The notes beneath the pieces were generated by a model that made no database searches, was not told the DNA's origin, and saw only the letters and a list, made by a program, of their open reading frames with translations. A program made the position numbers and the translations under genes. This document shows, one piece after another, positions 1-50,644 of a stretch of 64,000 nucleotides of DNA (the first letter of the stretch is position 1; every line of letters begins with the position of its first letter). Source of the DNA: Euglena gracilis (lineage: Eukaryota). The stretch lies in contig CP154954.1 in assembly GCA_039621445.1 (NCBI GenBank), forward strand, positions 6,645,425 through 6,709,424, written 5' to 3'.

Positions 1-51
1 TTATTTTTATCAAATCATAGATTGTCATTTTATTTGTTCTGGCGCTCACAG

Positions 52-120
52 TGTCAAGAAGTCACCTGCAACGGGAAAGGCCAACCTCTCTTCCACTTCC
101 AACCCCACCACTGCAAAAAC
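52..120 (+). CDS. GCN1: possible upstream exon (VKKSPATGKANLSSTSNPTTAK)
   Basis: Follows cacag; K/A/P/T-rich; same frame as the 176 exon. Confidence 0.35.
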
Positions 121-175
121 ATGCACCGGGCGTTTGCGCGCATCTGCTCGTCCCCCACCACACCCCGGCGCACAG

Positions 176-36614
<36,439 letters not shown>

Positions 36615-39600
36615 GGCGTCCCGTTGCTTGCCCGTTGGTCCCTGGGCCTCTGGTGAATTCGATAGTATTAGCCTACCCCCCCCCCCCAGAGAAGCTGTAT
36701 CCAGTTTTTTTTTTGGGGTCTATTGTTTATAATCCCAAGCGAGGGTCTGCTTTTTGGGGGGGGGGGGGGGCCAGTCTCCTTTTTGGATTTCTGCTGAAAA
36801 TTTCGGCCTGAAGAACCTTTCCGGAGGGAGGTTCAAAAATAGGGCCAATAAAGCACAATTTTCATCAATGGGCGAATGTTGTCCCAAAAGGAGCCAACTT
36901 TAGCTTATTCTAAATGGGCAACCTCCTCCCCCCACAAAAGAAAAAAAAATCACCCATTTTTGTGGCAGTTTTTTTGGGGGGTATTCTTATTATAAGTGTT
37001 TTTTTTGGATTCAACTTCTGGGGTAGAGAGTGGGCTTATTCTTGGGGTCAGCCAATTTTTGTTGCTGAAAATTGGGGGTCTCATTTTTGGGGGGTTTAGA
37101 TTTTTTATCAGTGTTTTCTAAGCAACGCAATCCCGCACAACAGACGGAAGGACCAGGCCACTATCCTCAGCCTCATGCTTTTGTTCATACCCAATCCATT
37201 TCTGCACTCATACAATGGAAGGGTTAGGACAGGCGGACCGAAATTTGGTCACAGTTTCAGCAGTTAGTTCCTGGTTTGGAAGAATTGGGCCAATGTTAAC
37301 TCAAAACTAGCCGGGATACAGACTAAATTAGCCGGACTGTTTGGTTTGAACCGTCTGGAGTATATCAACAGCCCCGGAAATGACAATCATTAACGTCCTC
37401 CCCACAGTGTTTGAGATCTCCGATGAGTTCTGCTGGTGTGTGAACACACACACATGCGCACACCCCTGTTGTCATAATCCCAGAGTAGCTCGAATTTGAC
37501 GGCTAGCGGGGTTTTTATCTTTTCCAGGTCTGTATGCACATTTCCAAGCATGAGTCAGCTCTGAGGTCACCATTGCCAACAGGATTGGCAAAGGCAAAGG
37601 GTGGTTGCGATCAACGTTGGAAATATTCTTCCACTGGCAAGGATTGAAGCCTCGGCCCAACAGATTCAATGTGCTTGGATGTTGGGAACCTCTCGTTGAG
37701 GAGCTGCCCGCCATTCAGACTGCGCTGGAGCAGCCAACACAAAAAAGGGGAATAATGGAGCTGGAGGGAAATCAAAAGCTTTGTATAGGACCCTTCGTGG
37801 CAGGGGGCATTTTGGTTGCTGCCAATGTGGAGCTATGTGGCTGATCCGCGTGAAAGCGATGCCAGGTGGAGGCAATGATGATGGGAACGGAGACGCGCAG
37901 CCGTTCTGCACAGTGGATGAGGTATCGACCAATGCTTCCGGAACGGTTCCATCCAATAAATAATGACCCCGAGGCGCACGCGTCAATGAACCGTCAGCCA
38001 GTCTGGGGCCTCGGTGCCGGCCAGCTGTATCGCCCACCCACGAAGGTCTGGATTCCGTTAGATGGCAAGAGACAGTGGCGCCGAGTTCGACCTGGCACGC
38101 ACTGTGGTTGTGTTGACTGCGAACATTGCTTGCGGTGCAAGATGATCTGCAGGATGCAGGATTGCCCATTCTGACGTCCTGCGCTTGGCATAAAAGCAAT
38201 GTGGAGTGCATCCCAAGGTGCAGACGGTTTTTTTTCTGAAATCTGGACCTTCCCCCTGGGTCTGATCCGGTTGGATTGCGGCTTAACCAGATGGCGAGGT
38301 TCCTATGGTGCCGTTTGGGTGTTGTGTTGAGTGCATGGCTGTGGAACTTTTTGTCTGCTGCTACAGCTTCGGCTTCCAGAAACCAGAACATCTTCAAAAT
38401 CTTCTCAGTCAGCATCTTGTTTAAGTCATAATAAACTGGGTTTTACGTTTCTGGGAACCTCCAGGGTGAGAGTCATATTTTGGTTAGTTTTTTTCTCTCG
38501 ATTTTTTTCCTTCACCTATCCAGGTCCCAAAAAGAATTGTGCATGTTTTTTAGGGTTCCCAGAAGCACGGAAAAATTCCCTTGGGCTACTTGAAAATATT
38601 CTTATTATTTGTAAATATTTGTCTACGGGAAAAACTAAATTTTCAATGATTCCCTGGACTCAAAATAACCTGTACTATGGGAATTCGCATGGTTTTTGTT
38701 CCGAGATGTCTTCACTGGAGGGGAGATTTTGAGACCGCCAGACTGCAATGGTCTGCATGCAATATTCTACCGGCTTTATGGCCATGTGGTCCCTCAGTTG
38801 GCGAAAATTGGGGAGGCCCTGGGGGAGCAATGAAAAGGAGAAATTTTGCAAATGAGAAAAGGTTGGTTGCCAAGGGGTTGCCGGGATTAGGTCTCTTTCA
38901 AAGGATGTCTTGTGTGTGTGTGTGTGTCTGGGCATGTTGTCGGTGGGTGTTTTGCTTGGCTGTTGTACCAGCTCTGTGGTTGTGTTTGCCACAGATGCAG
39001 GTGGACAGTTAGTGTTGAATCTTGAATATGAACCTTTAAAATGTATGGATTATGCTTATGGTAAGGATTGCAATTTTATGATTATTAAATAACCCTTATT
39101 CATTAAAGACAATGTTATTTTTTTTTCGCGTTATTGCAGATTTACATATGCAAATTAGAATTGCATTGTTTATGTGAAAAACTTATGCTTTTTTTTTAAG
39201 CATTCAATTTCCGAAGTATGAAATCGCTGAACTTTTCATATCACAGTGACTGTTCTCTGGCCAGGGACCCGTCGTTTTTGAGCATGGTCAAATTTTATGG
39301 ATATTTGTTTGATATGTCGTTCAGAACTCACTGCCTGAAAACTTTTATTAAACGAAATCACATTTTATTATGGTTTCTGCCTGTCCAAATGCACGGCGCC
39401 TTGTCGGCCCTTTACTAGAGTGGGGTCGCTGAGCTCTTATCCCTTTATCTTTATGGGTAAGAGTGAAGCTTACCACCGGGGAAAAGGGGGGTAGAACCCC
39501 CCCCCCCCCGCCATCCCCCCCCACCCCTGAGTAGACTGTGAAAACCGGATTTTTTTTTCAGTCGCGAGCGACTGGGTTTCTAGTTTCCGAATCACCTCCG

Positions 39601-42482
39601 TTTGACCCCACAACTCCCTGCCAGGCCCGAGTTATTCAGCTGCGAAGGGGTCTAAACTGGGTAGGATTGGCCTGCCCCCCCCTTCCGACTCTGCCATTTC
39701 GCCAGGGTCCAAAAATCGGTCAAAAATCGATTTTTCGAAAATATCTTGAGAAAACGTACATTATTTCCGGAAATGTCGGTCTGACGAAATGCACCACCCC
39801 CAGAGGCCCTCTATCACCCCCCGTTCGCCGTTTTGGCCGCCGACACGCCTGGCCCGTGTTCCGGCTCGCTTTTGTGGCCCAAAAAGGCATTTTGGGGTGT
39901 TTTTTTGGGCAGTTTTTTTGGTCAATTTTCACCAGATTCCCCAAGGGGTTTTTGGGGGGTACTTTTAGGGGGGAGGGGTGCAGACTATCTTCAAAGAGCA
40001 TACACGAGTCAAAATGTTGCTGTTTTGATTAAGGCTGGGGTAACTTGCAGCCTATGACCAAGGGGAGATCATTGTTTAGAGAAAATCATTGGAAAAAGGG
40101 AGGGGAGGTAAAAGAACATTGGTGGCTTGTAAATAGGGGAAAAAATCGCAAAACAATCTGACACATACCCAACTGGGTATGGTGTGCACTGGAACGGACA
40201 CTCTGGGATGCAGCCGCTGACATGAAACGATCCTCAATCTGCTTGCACCAGAATTCAAAGGCTCCCTCGTTCAACTCTGTCTAATGACCAAGAAGGTGAA
40301 TAAACCAAGGGGTGGTGTTCCTCGATAAGCTTTATTTTGATGAAGGACAGACAAAATCTAACAATGGATGAGTCCCCCAATCTTACTAACCTGCTGGGTC
40401 TAATGCTTTTTTCCTTTGGATCTGGTGTCTCTCTGGCAGGTAAGTTCGACTGAAGAACATTCTTTGTCATTGCAAAGTGAAGGAAAGAAAGGGCATCATG
40501 ACGGATGTTCTCAGTTAAAAAAGTGGCATTTTTCTTTATGCATTTCAACAATATATTACATTGTGTAAATACAATTTAAACAGTTTCCTCCTCTATACTC
40601 AGAATTATTTCTATTTCATTTATTTCATTCACTGGATTGAACAATAGTGTACATCAAACCATCAACATACAAACAAGAAATATTTAAACAATTGAATTGA
40701 ACATTGAATCACCACCCACCACCACCCACGACTCACGCACGGTTCAGGCAAACACAGGCTTGGCACACGACCTTCCACAACAGGCCTTCCTGCGTCGGCA
40801 GGAGGTCCTCCACTTCCTCCTCACCCTGCAGCTACAGCTGCCAAAGGCCCACTATACTACCAGGCCCCCCATGGGGTGGGACATGGGCCGGGAAGGGGGG
40901 CAGCATTTTTCAGCCAGCCCAATTTTCTCAGCTTCTGAGCTGGACCCCCCCCCCCCTTGCGCGGGTCCTTGAGTGACGCCCTGGATCTCACCCCCCCAGA
41001 AAAGGGTCGAGAGAATTGAACGAATGAAAAACGAATGAAAGAATGAAGGAATGGGGATGGAATTGCAAACATCCTTCGTTTTTGTTTTTTTTTGTGCAGG
41101 ATTTTCGCATTTGCCTTTTTTGCGCATTTTTTTGACTTTTTTTCCTGCATATTTCAAGGGTTTTTGTTGACTCTTTTTATAATCTTGTGCTGCGGTCCTC
41201 CATCTGTTAACTTTTTTAACAACGGAAGGGGGGACGGGCTGTGAACAGCCCCGATTTTGCCCCAGCCTAGCTGCAGTAGCACAACCCTGACCGTGGGCAG
41301 GGTTTATGGGACGCGACCTTTTTTTTCACCTTGAGGACACCGGTTCAGGACTGCCATAGGGTTGAAGGGCTGGTCAATATCTGGCAGGGTCTGAATGGAA
41401 AGGATTAAAAAAAAAGAAATGCAATGACATTTTTGGTGCTTTTTTTTCCCTTCGGTGGATGGTCCCCGCCGAAGTCACTGTTGTCACTGAACCTTGATGT
41501 CTGCTTGTTTAATACAGACCGTGATGCACAATGGAAATGGAAGAGGCAGGGATGGTTTATGGCCTTGTCTCATTTCATGCCAATTGCAATGGCCCTGGCA
41601 GTGCAGTGCAGGCAGTGGCAGGGGAGCGGTGCTGCGGAAGCGCTGTGCGATGTTGCGTTAGTGCGGAGAACAAACAGGAATGGCAGTGCAGTGAAGTGGC
41701 GATAGCAATGACAGTGCAGCGCAGTGGCTGCGGCTGCGCAGCGCAGTGAAGGCGTCGAGGGCTTCCTGCCGTGAAGCGAGGCAAGTCCCATGTGCACCTC
41801 ATCAATCAAGCAAATGGTGAAACTAGTGAGGTCTGCTGCTGAAACCCAAACGCCATGGCCTGAGTGCCAAATAATTGAACTGTCAGGAAACAGACGCCCA
41901 TTTGGTATTTGCAGAGATTCAAGCAAATAAATTCATCAAGGTCAAAAAGAAAATGAAAATGAACATGAACAACATGATGAACATGCTCAATATTAGTATC
42001 TTTTTCTTTATATTGCCAACTACTAATCACCATAATGAACACAAAAACAAAGGAACAATGCAAAAAATTAACAATATAATAATAAACACCACACAAAAAA
42101 TTTGGCTGGGAGAGAGAATATCCCAAATCCCTCAAAATTGACAATGCATGACTCTTTCCACCTGTGCTCACTGAAGGCTCAAATCTAGTCCTTTTTGGAA
42201 ACCTGCATTTCAACCTTCAATGCCCAAACATTACACGATCTGAAGCCCGACACAGTGATGTTCGAGCATCGAACAGCTCCAAAAAATCTGAATCCGTGAT
42301 CCCCCAAAAATATAAAAACGACAAAAATTGTCACCAAAAAGACAAAAGCACAAGAGAGGCGGACAACCTGCAAGCATTCCAAGCAGCAAGTGAATATGCT
42401 TGGGTTGGCATGATGAAGTTCAATCCCGAATTAAATTTGCAGAACCGTTTTGCATCTTCAGATTGCCACACGTTTCGCGCCC

Positions 42483-42495
42483 NNNNNNNNNNNNN
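42483..42495. other. assembly gap (13 N)
   Basis: Run of 13 n. Confidence 1.
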
Positions 42496-42551
42496 TACAC
42501 CTGCCAGATATTGAAAGCGCCCCAGGCCAACCCGGCCCACCCCCGGCCCCC

Positions 42552-43816
42552 GATCCAGAACCAGGAAATCGCGGGACACGTGGAGGTGCTTCTGCGGGCG
42601 CTGGGCAACCCGTCCCAGGAGACGGACGGCGCGCTGGAGGCGCTGATGTTCACGCGGTTCGTGACCTCCGTGGATGCCCCGGCCTTGTCCAGGGGGTGGG
42701 AGTAGGGATTACCATTTCTTAAGCACAAAATTTCCGACTTTTGAAGTTTTTCTCCGGTTTTTTTTAAGATCCTATTTTCCAAGGGCGGTTCAAGGTAAAT
42801 GACAATAAGCAAAAAAACCCATTTCATTTGAGTTTGGATGGCTATACAATTTTCCAGGGATGCCAGAAACCGTTTTCTTCCCGGAGTTGCCTCTTTTTTG
42901 ATCAGAGAAAAATCTCGCCACAATTATTTTCCAAATCAAAAAATCTCACCATATGGTTTTTTATGTTTTTTTGTAGTGTTTTTAAAGGTATTTTATTGCA
43001 TTTCTGGCCAACATCTCCAAGCGTTTTAAACGTTTTGCTAATGTTTTTAAAGGTGCCTGAGAAGTGATGGTGGGCGGGTGACAGTGCGTTGCACTCCCCC
43101 TTGGGGCTTTCTCTGAGCCACAGGGGTGCGGATGCAGGGCGTCGCTGAAGCGGAAGGGGAGGGTCCAGGCAGCCTTTTTCCAGCCCCCTACCCCCCCCCC
43201 CCAATGGACGAGTTGCATTCATTTTTCCAGCGGCTGGACAAAAAACACACGGGGGGGGTCGATTAAATTTGAAAAATAAACGGCGTCAATTTTCGCCCAG
43301 CTGGTGCTGAAATTGTTGATTATTCTGTCCATGAAATGAATTCACCTCAAGAAAAGGACCCCACGTTATCCGTGGGTTTGCATTTTGCGGCAGTGGCCCT
43401 CCTGCCTGACCCCCGGCCATCATCTACCCCATCCTGCATCGCGGCTTGCGAGAGCGGGTGACAAACACCAAGTTGAAGGTGTGCCCCCTCGCTTCACACT
43501 GTTGCAGTGCTGACTCCCTTTGGAGACAGAAGCAGTGAAGGGGTTGCTGCTTCTCGACCCTTGGGTTTGATACCTTTCTTTTCATGCTCTGGCACCGTTG
43601 GAATCGCTGTTTCAATTTCATTCCCAACATACAGGGGGGGAAATATGTAACTTGCATAATTTTGCATTTTGCATTTTTTTGCATTTTTTTTGCATTTTTT
43701 TGCATTTTTTTTACTTGCATAATTTGAAGGGCCAAGTTGCATTCCCCCCCCCCCCGCAACATACCAGATGATGTCCTTTCCTCTGTCTCTCTCCTTCTCT
43801 CTCTCTCTCTCTCTCT

Positions 43817-43857
<41 letters not shown>

Positions 43858-46800
43858 TTCACGGCCAGGCTCCTTTTGGCAATTGTGTACCGGGGTGCCT
43901 CAGCAGGCGCACCCCACGGGGGGGGGGGGCGGGGTTTTTGTTTTCCGCCCCAGCCAATTTTCATTTGAAAATGGTGGGGGGGGTGCCATAGCACTACCCC
44001 CATGGTCGAAAGTGTCCGCTGCCTGCCCATAGCAACCAGCCCCCACGGGGGAAGGGGGGGGGTGCACATTTCGTTAAACAGCAGCCTGCTTACGGGGGAC
44101 TAGGCCGAGTGAATGACAACAGGTCTTGGGCCAAAGTTGAATTATCCACCCCACACTCATGTGAAGTCACCCCAAGGGGGCATGTTCATGTGCGCTGCAG
44201 ATGTGCGTTGCTTGTGTTCACGTGCCAACACATGCACCACAGCTCACACAGACACGCACAGAGAGTGAGCCGTTGGCCCCCCCCACCCGCAGGCGGCGCA
44301 GATCGTGGGCAGCCTGTCCCAGCTGCTGGCGGACGCCAACGTGATGGTGCCATACATCCCGGAGCTGCTGCCCCAGCTGAAGGTCACCCTCGTGGACCCC
44401 GCCGGCAGCGGCGCCCGTCCCTGCACATATGCCCCCCCCGCCCCCCATCACGGAAGAGCTCCTAAACCATGTGCCCGGTAGTTCCTGTTGCATGCATTCC
44501 CAACCAGGCTTCTTTTTAAGTCACCTGACCCCCCCCCCCCCCCGGGGGAGGGGGGTGGGTGGTTGGTTCCTTCCCGGACCCCCTGGGTGGGGGAGTACCG
44601 TGCCGGAGGCGCCGGGTATACCTTTTCGGCGCGAAACGCCGAAATTTTTTGAAAATTGCCTTTAACGGGCCCGATTTTGGGGGGTCCCGCGCCACCCTGG
44701 GTGGGTGGGGGGGACCCCCCCCTTCCCCCCGGGGGTCTTAAAAAGAAGCCTGTTCCCAACCACCGTCTTCTTTACCAACACACCAAAGGTTGCCCACCGA
44801 CCAATTTTCACGCACCAGCTCACCAACACACACATACAGGATAACACGACACTCCCCGCATGTATTGTGTTGCAAGATGTAAATTATGCAAACACGGTGT
44901 TACGTAAATTTGCAAAATTCGTGTGGCACCCGCCACGACAATGAGAAATCACTCACCGCCAGCAGCCATGGCGCCTTCAAATCCCGGCCGCAGGCCGGTT
45001 CCCGCTCCTTTGGCGGGCCGTGTTTGTGCTCGCGTCCAGAAGCCATTCCCACCCCGGCACCGCTGCCCGCCCATCCCGGAGGTGCGCTCCACCTCCGCCA
45101 AGGCCCTGGGGGCGCTGGTGAAGGGCATGGGCGAGGCCCGGGCGACGCTCCAGAAGACTTCACACCAAAGGACCCACACCAGCTTCACATTTGTGAGTTT
45201 GCAAGCAAAAGTAGTGATTGTTCCTGCAACCCGATAGAAGAAGTGAATGCGGAGAAAAAATCAAAGTTATTTGATAGTTTTATTAATTGACAAATAAATA
45301 ATTAAATTGTCAGTTGATAATTTATTTTTATAATTATTATAGTTATAAAATTATTTTAACACCAGAAACAAAGAAACGTAAGATGGGAGAAAACAAGCAT
45401 TCCCCATTTTTTTCAATATTTATTTCCGCATTCTTATTTGCATTTTTTTTCTCCGTTTCCTGCCGCTCTGGCCGGACCGGTGCTGCAGCGCCGGCCGCCG
45501 CCGTCCGCTTCCCCGGGCTGGTGCCGTGGCTCATGGAGTCGCTGAAGACGGAGGGGGCCGGCGTGGAGCGGGCGGGGGCGGCGCAGGGGCTGTGCGAGGT
45601 CGTCACGGCCCTGGGCGTGCAGCGCCTGGAGAGCCTGCTGGTGGACATCCTGAACGGCACCCGCCACGCCAAGGTGCGGGGGCTCCCACTGCCACGACAG
45701 TGGCGGGAAAAATTTGGCTGAAATGACAGAATTTTGCGGCTTCGCGACATGTGTGGAAGACACTGGCCGTGCTATTTCTTTTGTGTCGAATTTGGGAAAG
45801 CAGCACAGATGGAAAGAACGCTTCGAAAAGAACGCAACACACAATAAGTGCAATCAAAGAAGCACGTTTGTTGCAATGCTGCTGGGCATATTCCCAACAT
45901 TAGATGAATTCATATGTATTTTCAGGATTTTTTTTTTGCTCCGCCTCAAACACTAAAATCAACCCCCTCCCATATATGTAATATATATACACATACATAC
46001 ATACATACATATATACATATACATATATATGTGTATGCATGTGTGTGTGTTATATGTATGTATTATATATAATATGTATATATTATATGTAAAAATGTAT
46101 CTTTGTGTGTGTGTGTGTGTGTTGCGATTTGTTGACAGCGAAGGATCTGACACACACGTCACCGCAAATGTCAGGTTTGTATCGACCATCCCCGTCTCGC
46201 CGCCAGGCCCACGTCAAGGAGGGGCACCTGCAGGTGTTCGTCTTCCTGCCCCACGGCCTGGGGTCGGGGCTGCAGCCGTACCTGCCCCGCGTGCTGCCGT
46301 GCGTGCTGGACGGCCTGTCCGACGACGCAGAGATCGTGCGGACGGTCGCGCTGCGGGCGGGGCAGGGCATCGTGAAGCACTACGGCCAGTCGTGCCTCGG
46401 TGTGCCTCCGCCCGACAATCCATTCCGCGTGCCCTGGCAATGAACTATTTCCCACCTATTGCAAACCGAAAGTTGTGCATTTCTTCAAATTTTCCAAAAC
46501 AGGGTGCGCATTTTTTACTCATATTTCCATTGGATATTATTTTCAAACTTGGGGTCATTTTTGCATTTTTTTTGGTGTTATTTTGTATTTTTTTCGCAAT
46601 TTTTGCATTTTTTTTCATTTTCTCTGCTTTTTTGTGCATTTTTTTCGTCCCCAAAAGCATAGTTTTGCGCATTTTTTTTCAGTTTTTTTTGTGCATTCCC
46701 TAGCACCCCCCCTGTATATTCATGTGGCCCAGTTTAAAGGGTATCGTTTTTGAATGTCTTCTGCTTTTATAATTTGTTGTATATGTAAAAAGAGCCGAGC

Positions 46801-49800
46801 TTCGTTGGTTGTGCTTGCTCCAGCAAGATCTCTCTTGAGCCTACCAAACGACATCCTTCCTACTCACCACCAGAGAGGTTCCCCAATGGGGGAGTTTACA
46901 GCCACCAAAGTATGTGCAGGTGATGGGGAATGGAGACGTTGGCAATGCATTTGCATATCTTCAACATCCGGCACCACTGCTCCATCTAACCATTCCTTTT
47001 TTTTGCTGATATTTTTTTTTTTTGAAAAACCTCACTTAGAGTTTTTCTGGGGGGGTTCGGTGTAGGCACATGTTCACTTTTTGCGAAAGGGTGTTTGGTT
47101 GTTCCCCAGCACCAGCATGCAAATCTGCAACCATCAGGGGTTTTAATTAGCCTTGGACCTCGGGGGGGGGGGTTGGGGTGGGGGGGACGGCCTAGCCCCC
47201 CCTCCCCCCGGGGGGGGGGGGGCGCCCCAGGGGGGGGGTTGGGGGTGGGATATATTTTTCGGTGCCGAAGGCGCCGAAAATTTTTGACAAGGTGCTATTT
47301 TTAGCAATTTTCGCGACTTTTTGCCCATTTTTGGGGAAAAGTGGGTGATAGGAAGGTGGCTTCTCATCATCAGCCATCATCAGCCATCATCCTGATCCCA
47401 CCCATTCCAGCCTTCCTTCCCCTTTGTCCCCCCTTGTGCAGGGCTGCTGGTGCCGGCGCTGCAGGAGGGACTGCTGGCGGACTTCTGGCGCATCCGCCAC
47501 AGCTCGCTGCTGCTGATCGGCGACCTGCTCATGCGCGTCGCCACCGCCACCATGCCGAAGAAGGGCAAGGTGAAGGCCGGGCTCACCCCAAGGCCCCATG
47601 GTGGCCCTATACGTTGCGTTGGCGCACACCAAAACAATAAACAAAATTAGATTAATTAAAATCAAGTAAATTAGAAAAATGAATTAATCAAATTGGAATT
47701 AACTTAATAATTTGAATTTAACTTGATCCAATGAATTTGCCAACGCCGTTTTCCTCATTGTGTGACCCCAGACTTTTTGCGGGTAACCCCTGCAATGGGA
47801 ACACAGTCCAATGATGCAATTGTGAAAGGGCGTTGGCAGAAGCTGGGGTTTGCAAACAGCGTTTTTTTTTGGAGCCTTTGGTCCAATTGTTCTTTGCCTC
47901 TCGGTGTTTGCATCCGGCTTCTTTTTAGGAAATGCCCCCCCCCCCCCTGGGGCGACCGGGTGAGGCATTTTCGACCCCGGGTTTGAGGTGGGCGCTGCTC
48001 TACCACCGAAGAAAGGGGTAAAAAGGGGTAGTGGAAGGTGCTTGCAGAACAAGCACTCCAAGGCACCCGGCCCTGTGCACCTGGTTGTGGGTATCCATGC
48101 TCTGCCAAAAAATCTCAGTGAGAGAAATGTTTAAACATATTTATGTTCTTTATACAATGTTTTATCTATGTTCTTTATATAATGTTTATAAATATTTATG
48201 CAAAAAGCAAATATTTATCACACCCCCCTGGCGCCGAAGGTGCCAGGGTCTGAAAACGGCTTCGTTCAAGGGAAAATCGGGTGGGTTGGCCCAACCTAAT
48301 TCTGCGCACCGGCTGTGACCTGGCGTGGTGCCCGAAGGAGACGAAGGCCCAGTTGCAGGAGGAGGCGGAGGACGAGGAGGCGGAGGAGGAGGACGAAGAG
48401 GACGAGGATCAGGGCATTGGCTTGGAACTAAAGCTACCGAATGACTTGAATGAAGCCCGACAGAACGAAAACTGGAGCAATGTCTGCATCAAAGGATGAA
48501 ATGTGTGAAACGTTCCAATAAACTTTTTTGGGAGTCTGTGGAGAACCCCGGATGTGATTTTGGCAATCCGATGTTAGGGCTTGGGGGGGTATTTTTTTTT
48601 GTTTGGAAATGTCAAACACATCACCTGAGGGGTTCAGGATCAGCAGGTCAGTCCTTAAGCAAATGAAGACCTCCGATGTCCTGCGTTAACACAAAATCCA
48701 CAGGAAAATGAACAAGAAAATTTGACATTTTCGGTGAGAACGGGAAGATATGGGGGATAAAAGTGATTCCTCCCATCCTTGGACCATCGCCCATCCACCT
48801 AAAACGTTGAAAATTGCGTTTTCCGACCTGTTTTTTTTATATTTAAATTTCGACCCCATTCGATCCCCAGTCCAACCCTTGGCTGGCCCAACAAATCCCC
48901 CCATTCCAACCCCCCCCCCCATGGTTGCCAATCAACGTTCTGACGAGGAAGAAGAGGACGAGGAGGAAGAGGACGAGGAAGAGTCGGAGGACGACGAGGA
49001 CGAAGAGGAAGGTGTGTTTCATGTTCTCGTTTGGGGTGGTCCGTGACCCATGCGGCATGGACAACCGATGTCTTCTGTCCTGCCCCCTCCATATCGGCCC
49101 CCATCAATCCCGCAATATGAGCGAGCTTTGAGGAAAAAAGGCCCCAAACTGCTAAAAAAAATACCGAATTGCTAGAGGATGTCTTTTGTATCGACGAAAC
49201 GGACCTCTTTTTACCCAAAAAGCCATTTGTACCTCGACTGTGGGGCGTCTGGGAAGGATTATGAACAGACAAGGACCTCCGAAGTGTGGTGTCTAAGAAA
49301 TGTCAATGTACCACTGTGTGCCACTGATTGTGCACTTTTGGATCCGCAATAAATTATCACGCGATGCATTTATGCAAATCAAAATGTGGGCCCAACTCGT
49401 TTCGCAAAGACTTGTTCTGTATGCCAGCCAGGGGGTTTTTTTTTTAGTCTTGGACCCCCTCCCCCCGGGGGGGGTAGGGTGGGTGGGTCCCTTGGACCCC
49501 CCCTCCCCCCCTGGGGGGGTGGGTGGGGGCTGGTGGGTATATCGTTTTGGGCGCCTTTGGCGCCGAGAATTTTGAAAAAAGTGTTATTTTTAGCATTTTT
49601 GGGCAAAAGTGCGGGGGGGGGGTCCCCCCGGACCCCCCCCCCCCTTCTCCGGGGGCCCCACCCCTGGGGGTGGGTGGGTGTGTGCCGACCCCCTCCCCCC
49701 CTCCCCCCCTGGTCTTAAAAAAACCCCTGATGCCAGCAGACTCCAATTTTTGCTGCACAAAAATATTCCCTGAATTGTTCTCATTCCCGTGATAAGCGTG

Positions 49801-50644
49801 CAGCACCCCAATATGTGCGCGCCTCCGCTGCCCAAAACTGTCTCCCCAAATCTGTGTTTTTGTTTGGGAGGGGGTGGTTAGGGATCATTTTGTACTGAGG
49901 GATTTCAGTAGAGAGTGCGGAGGACTCCGCAGCGAAAACGTGGCTGTCCTGAAATTGGCGCCCCGCTTCACAAAGTGGAAAGGGCGCCGCAGTGGCATTG
50001 TTGCAGCGACGTGGGGGGGGGACCAGGCTTGTGCTTAGTCGGGTGCCTACCCCACGGGGGGCGGTGGGTGCTAGGGGCAGGCACCCTATGGCACCCATCC
50101 GACCCCCCCTCCCCCCGGGGGGGAGTAGGATTTTTTGGGGGTGCCTGCCCATAGCAGGCACCCCCCCCCCCATGTCCCCCCCAGGCTTGTGCTTACCGAC
50201 CGGGCGGGGAGGGGGGTGGGTGGGTGCTATGGGGTGCCTGCCCCTAGCAGGCACACCCCCGGGGGGATACGGGGGGGGGGGCCAGAAAATTTTCATTGAA
50301 AATGGCCTTTTCCTGGCCCCCCGGCACCTTCGCCGGGGTTGGAGGGGGGGGGATGTGGGGGAGTCGCTTTTGAGAACGGCAGAATCAAGAATATTCCATG
50401 GGAGTTTTTTCGAACCTAGACTTTGCCAAGGACAAGTTAAGGATCATTTACCAAAATTAGAAATGACCGGCCCCAAATTAGGAAGCGCCGACCCTGAATT
50501 TCACATTTCTGGCCTGCCCCCACCGCCGCAGAGGAGGACGACTTCGTGGCGGCGCAGCCACAGGTGTCGCTGCAGGAGCTGAAGCGGCTGCGGCAGGACA
50601 AGTCGGCCAACTCCATTGTGGACGCGCTGCACGGCATCATCGGG
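42552..50644 (+). CDS. GCN1: second copy of 10 GCN1 exons (42552-42686, 43415-43478, 44293-44400, 45073-45139, 45507-45673, 46207-46399, 47442-47569, 48338-48406, 48948-49011, 50532-50644)
   Basis: Near-identical to exons at 28495-36614; the exonic differences I noticed are synonymous (cgt/cgc, ccg/cca, cca/ccg). Confidence 0.8.
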
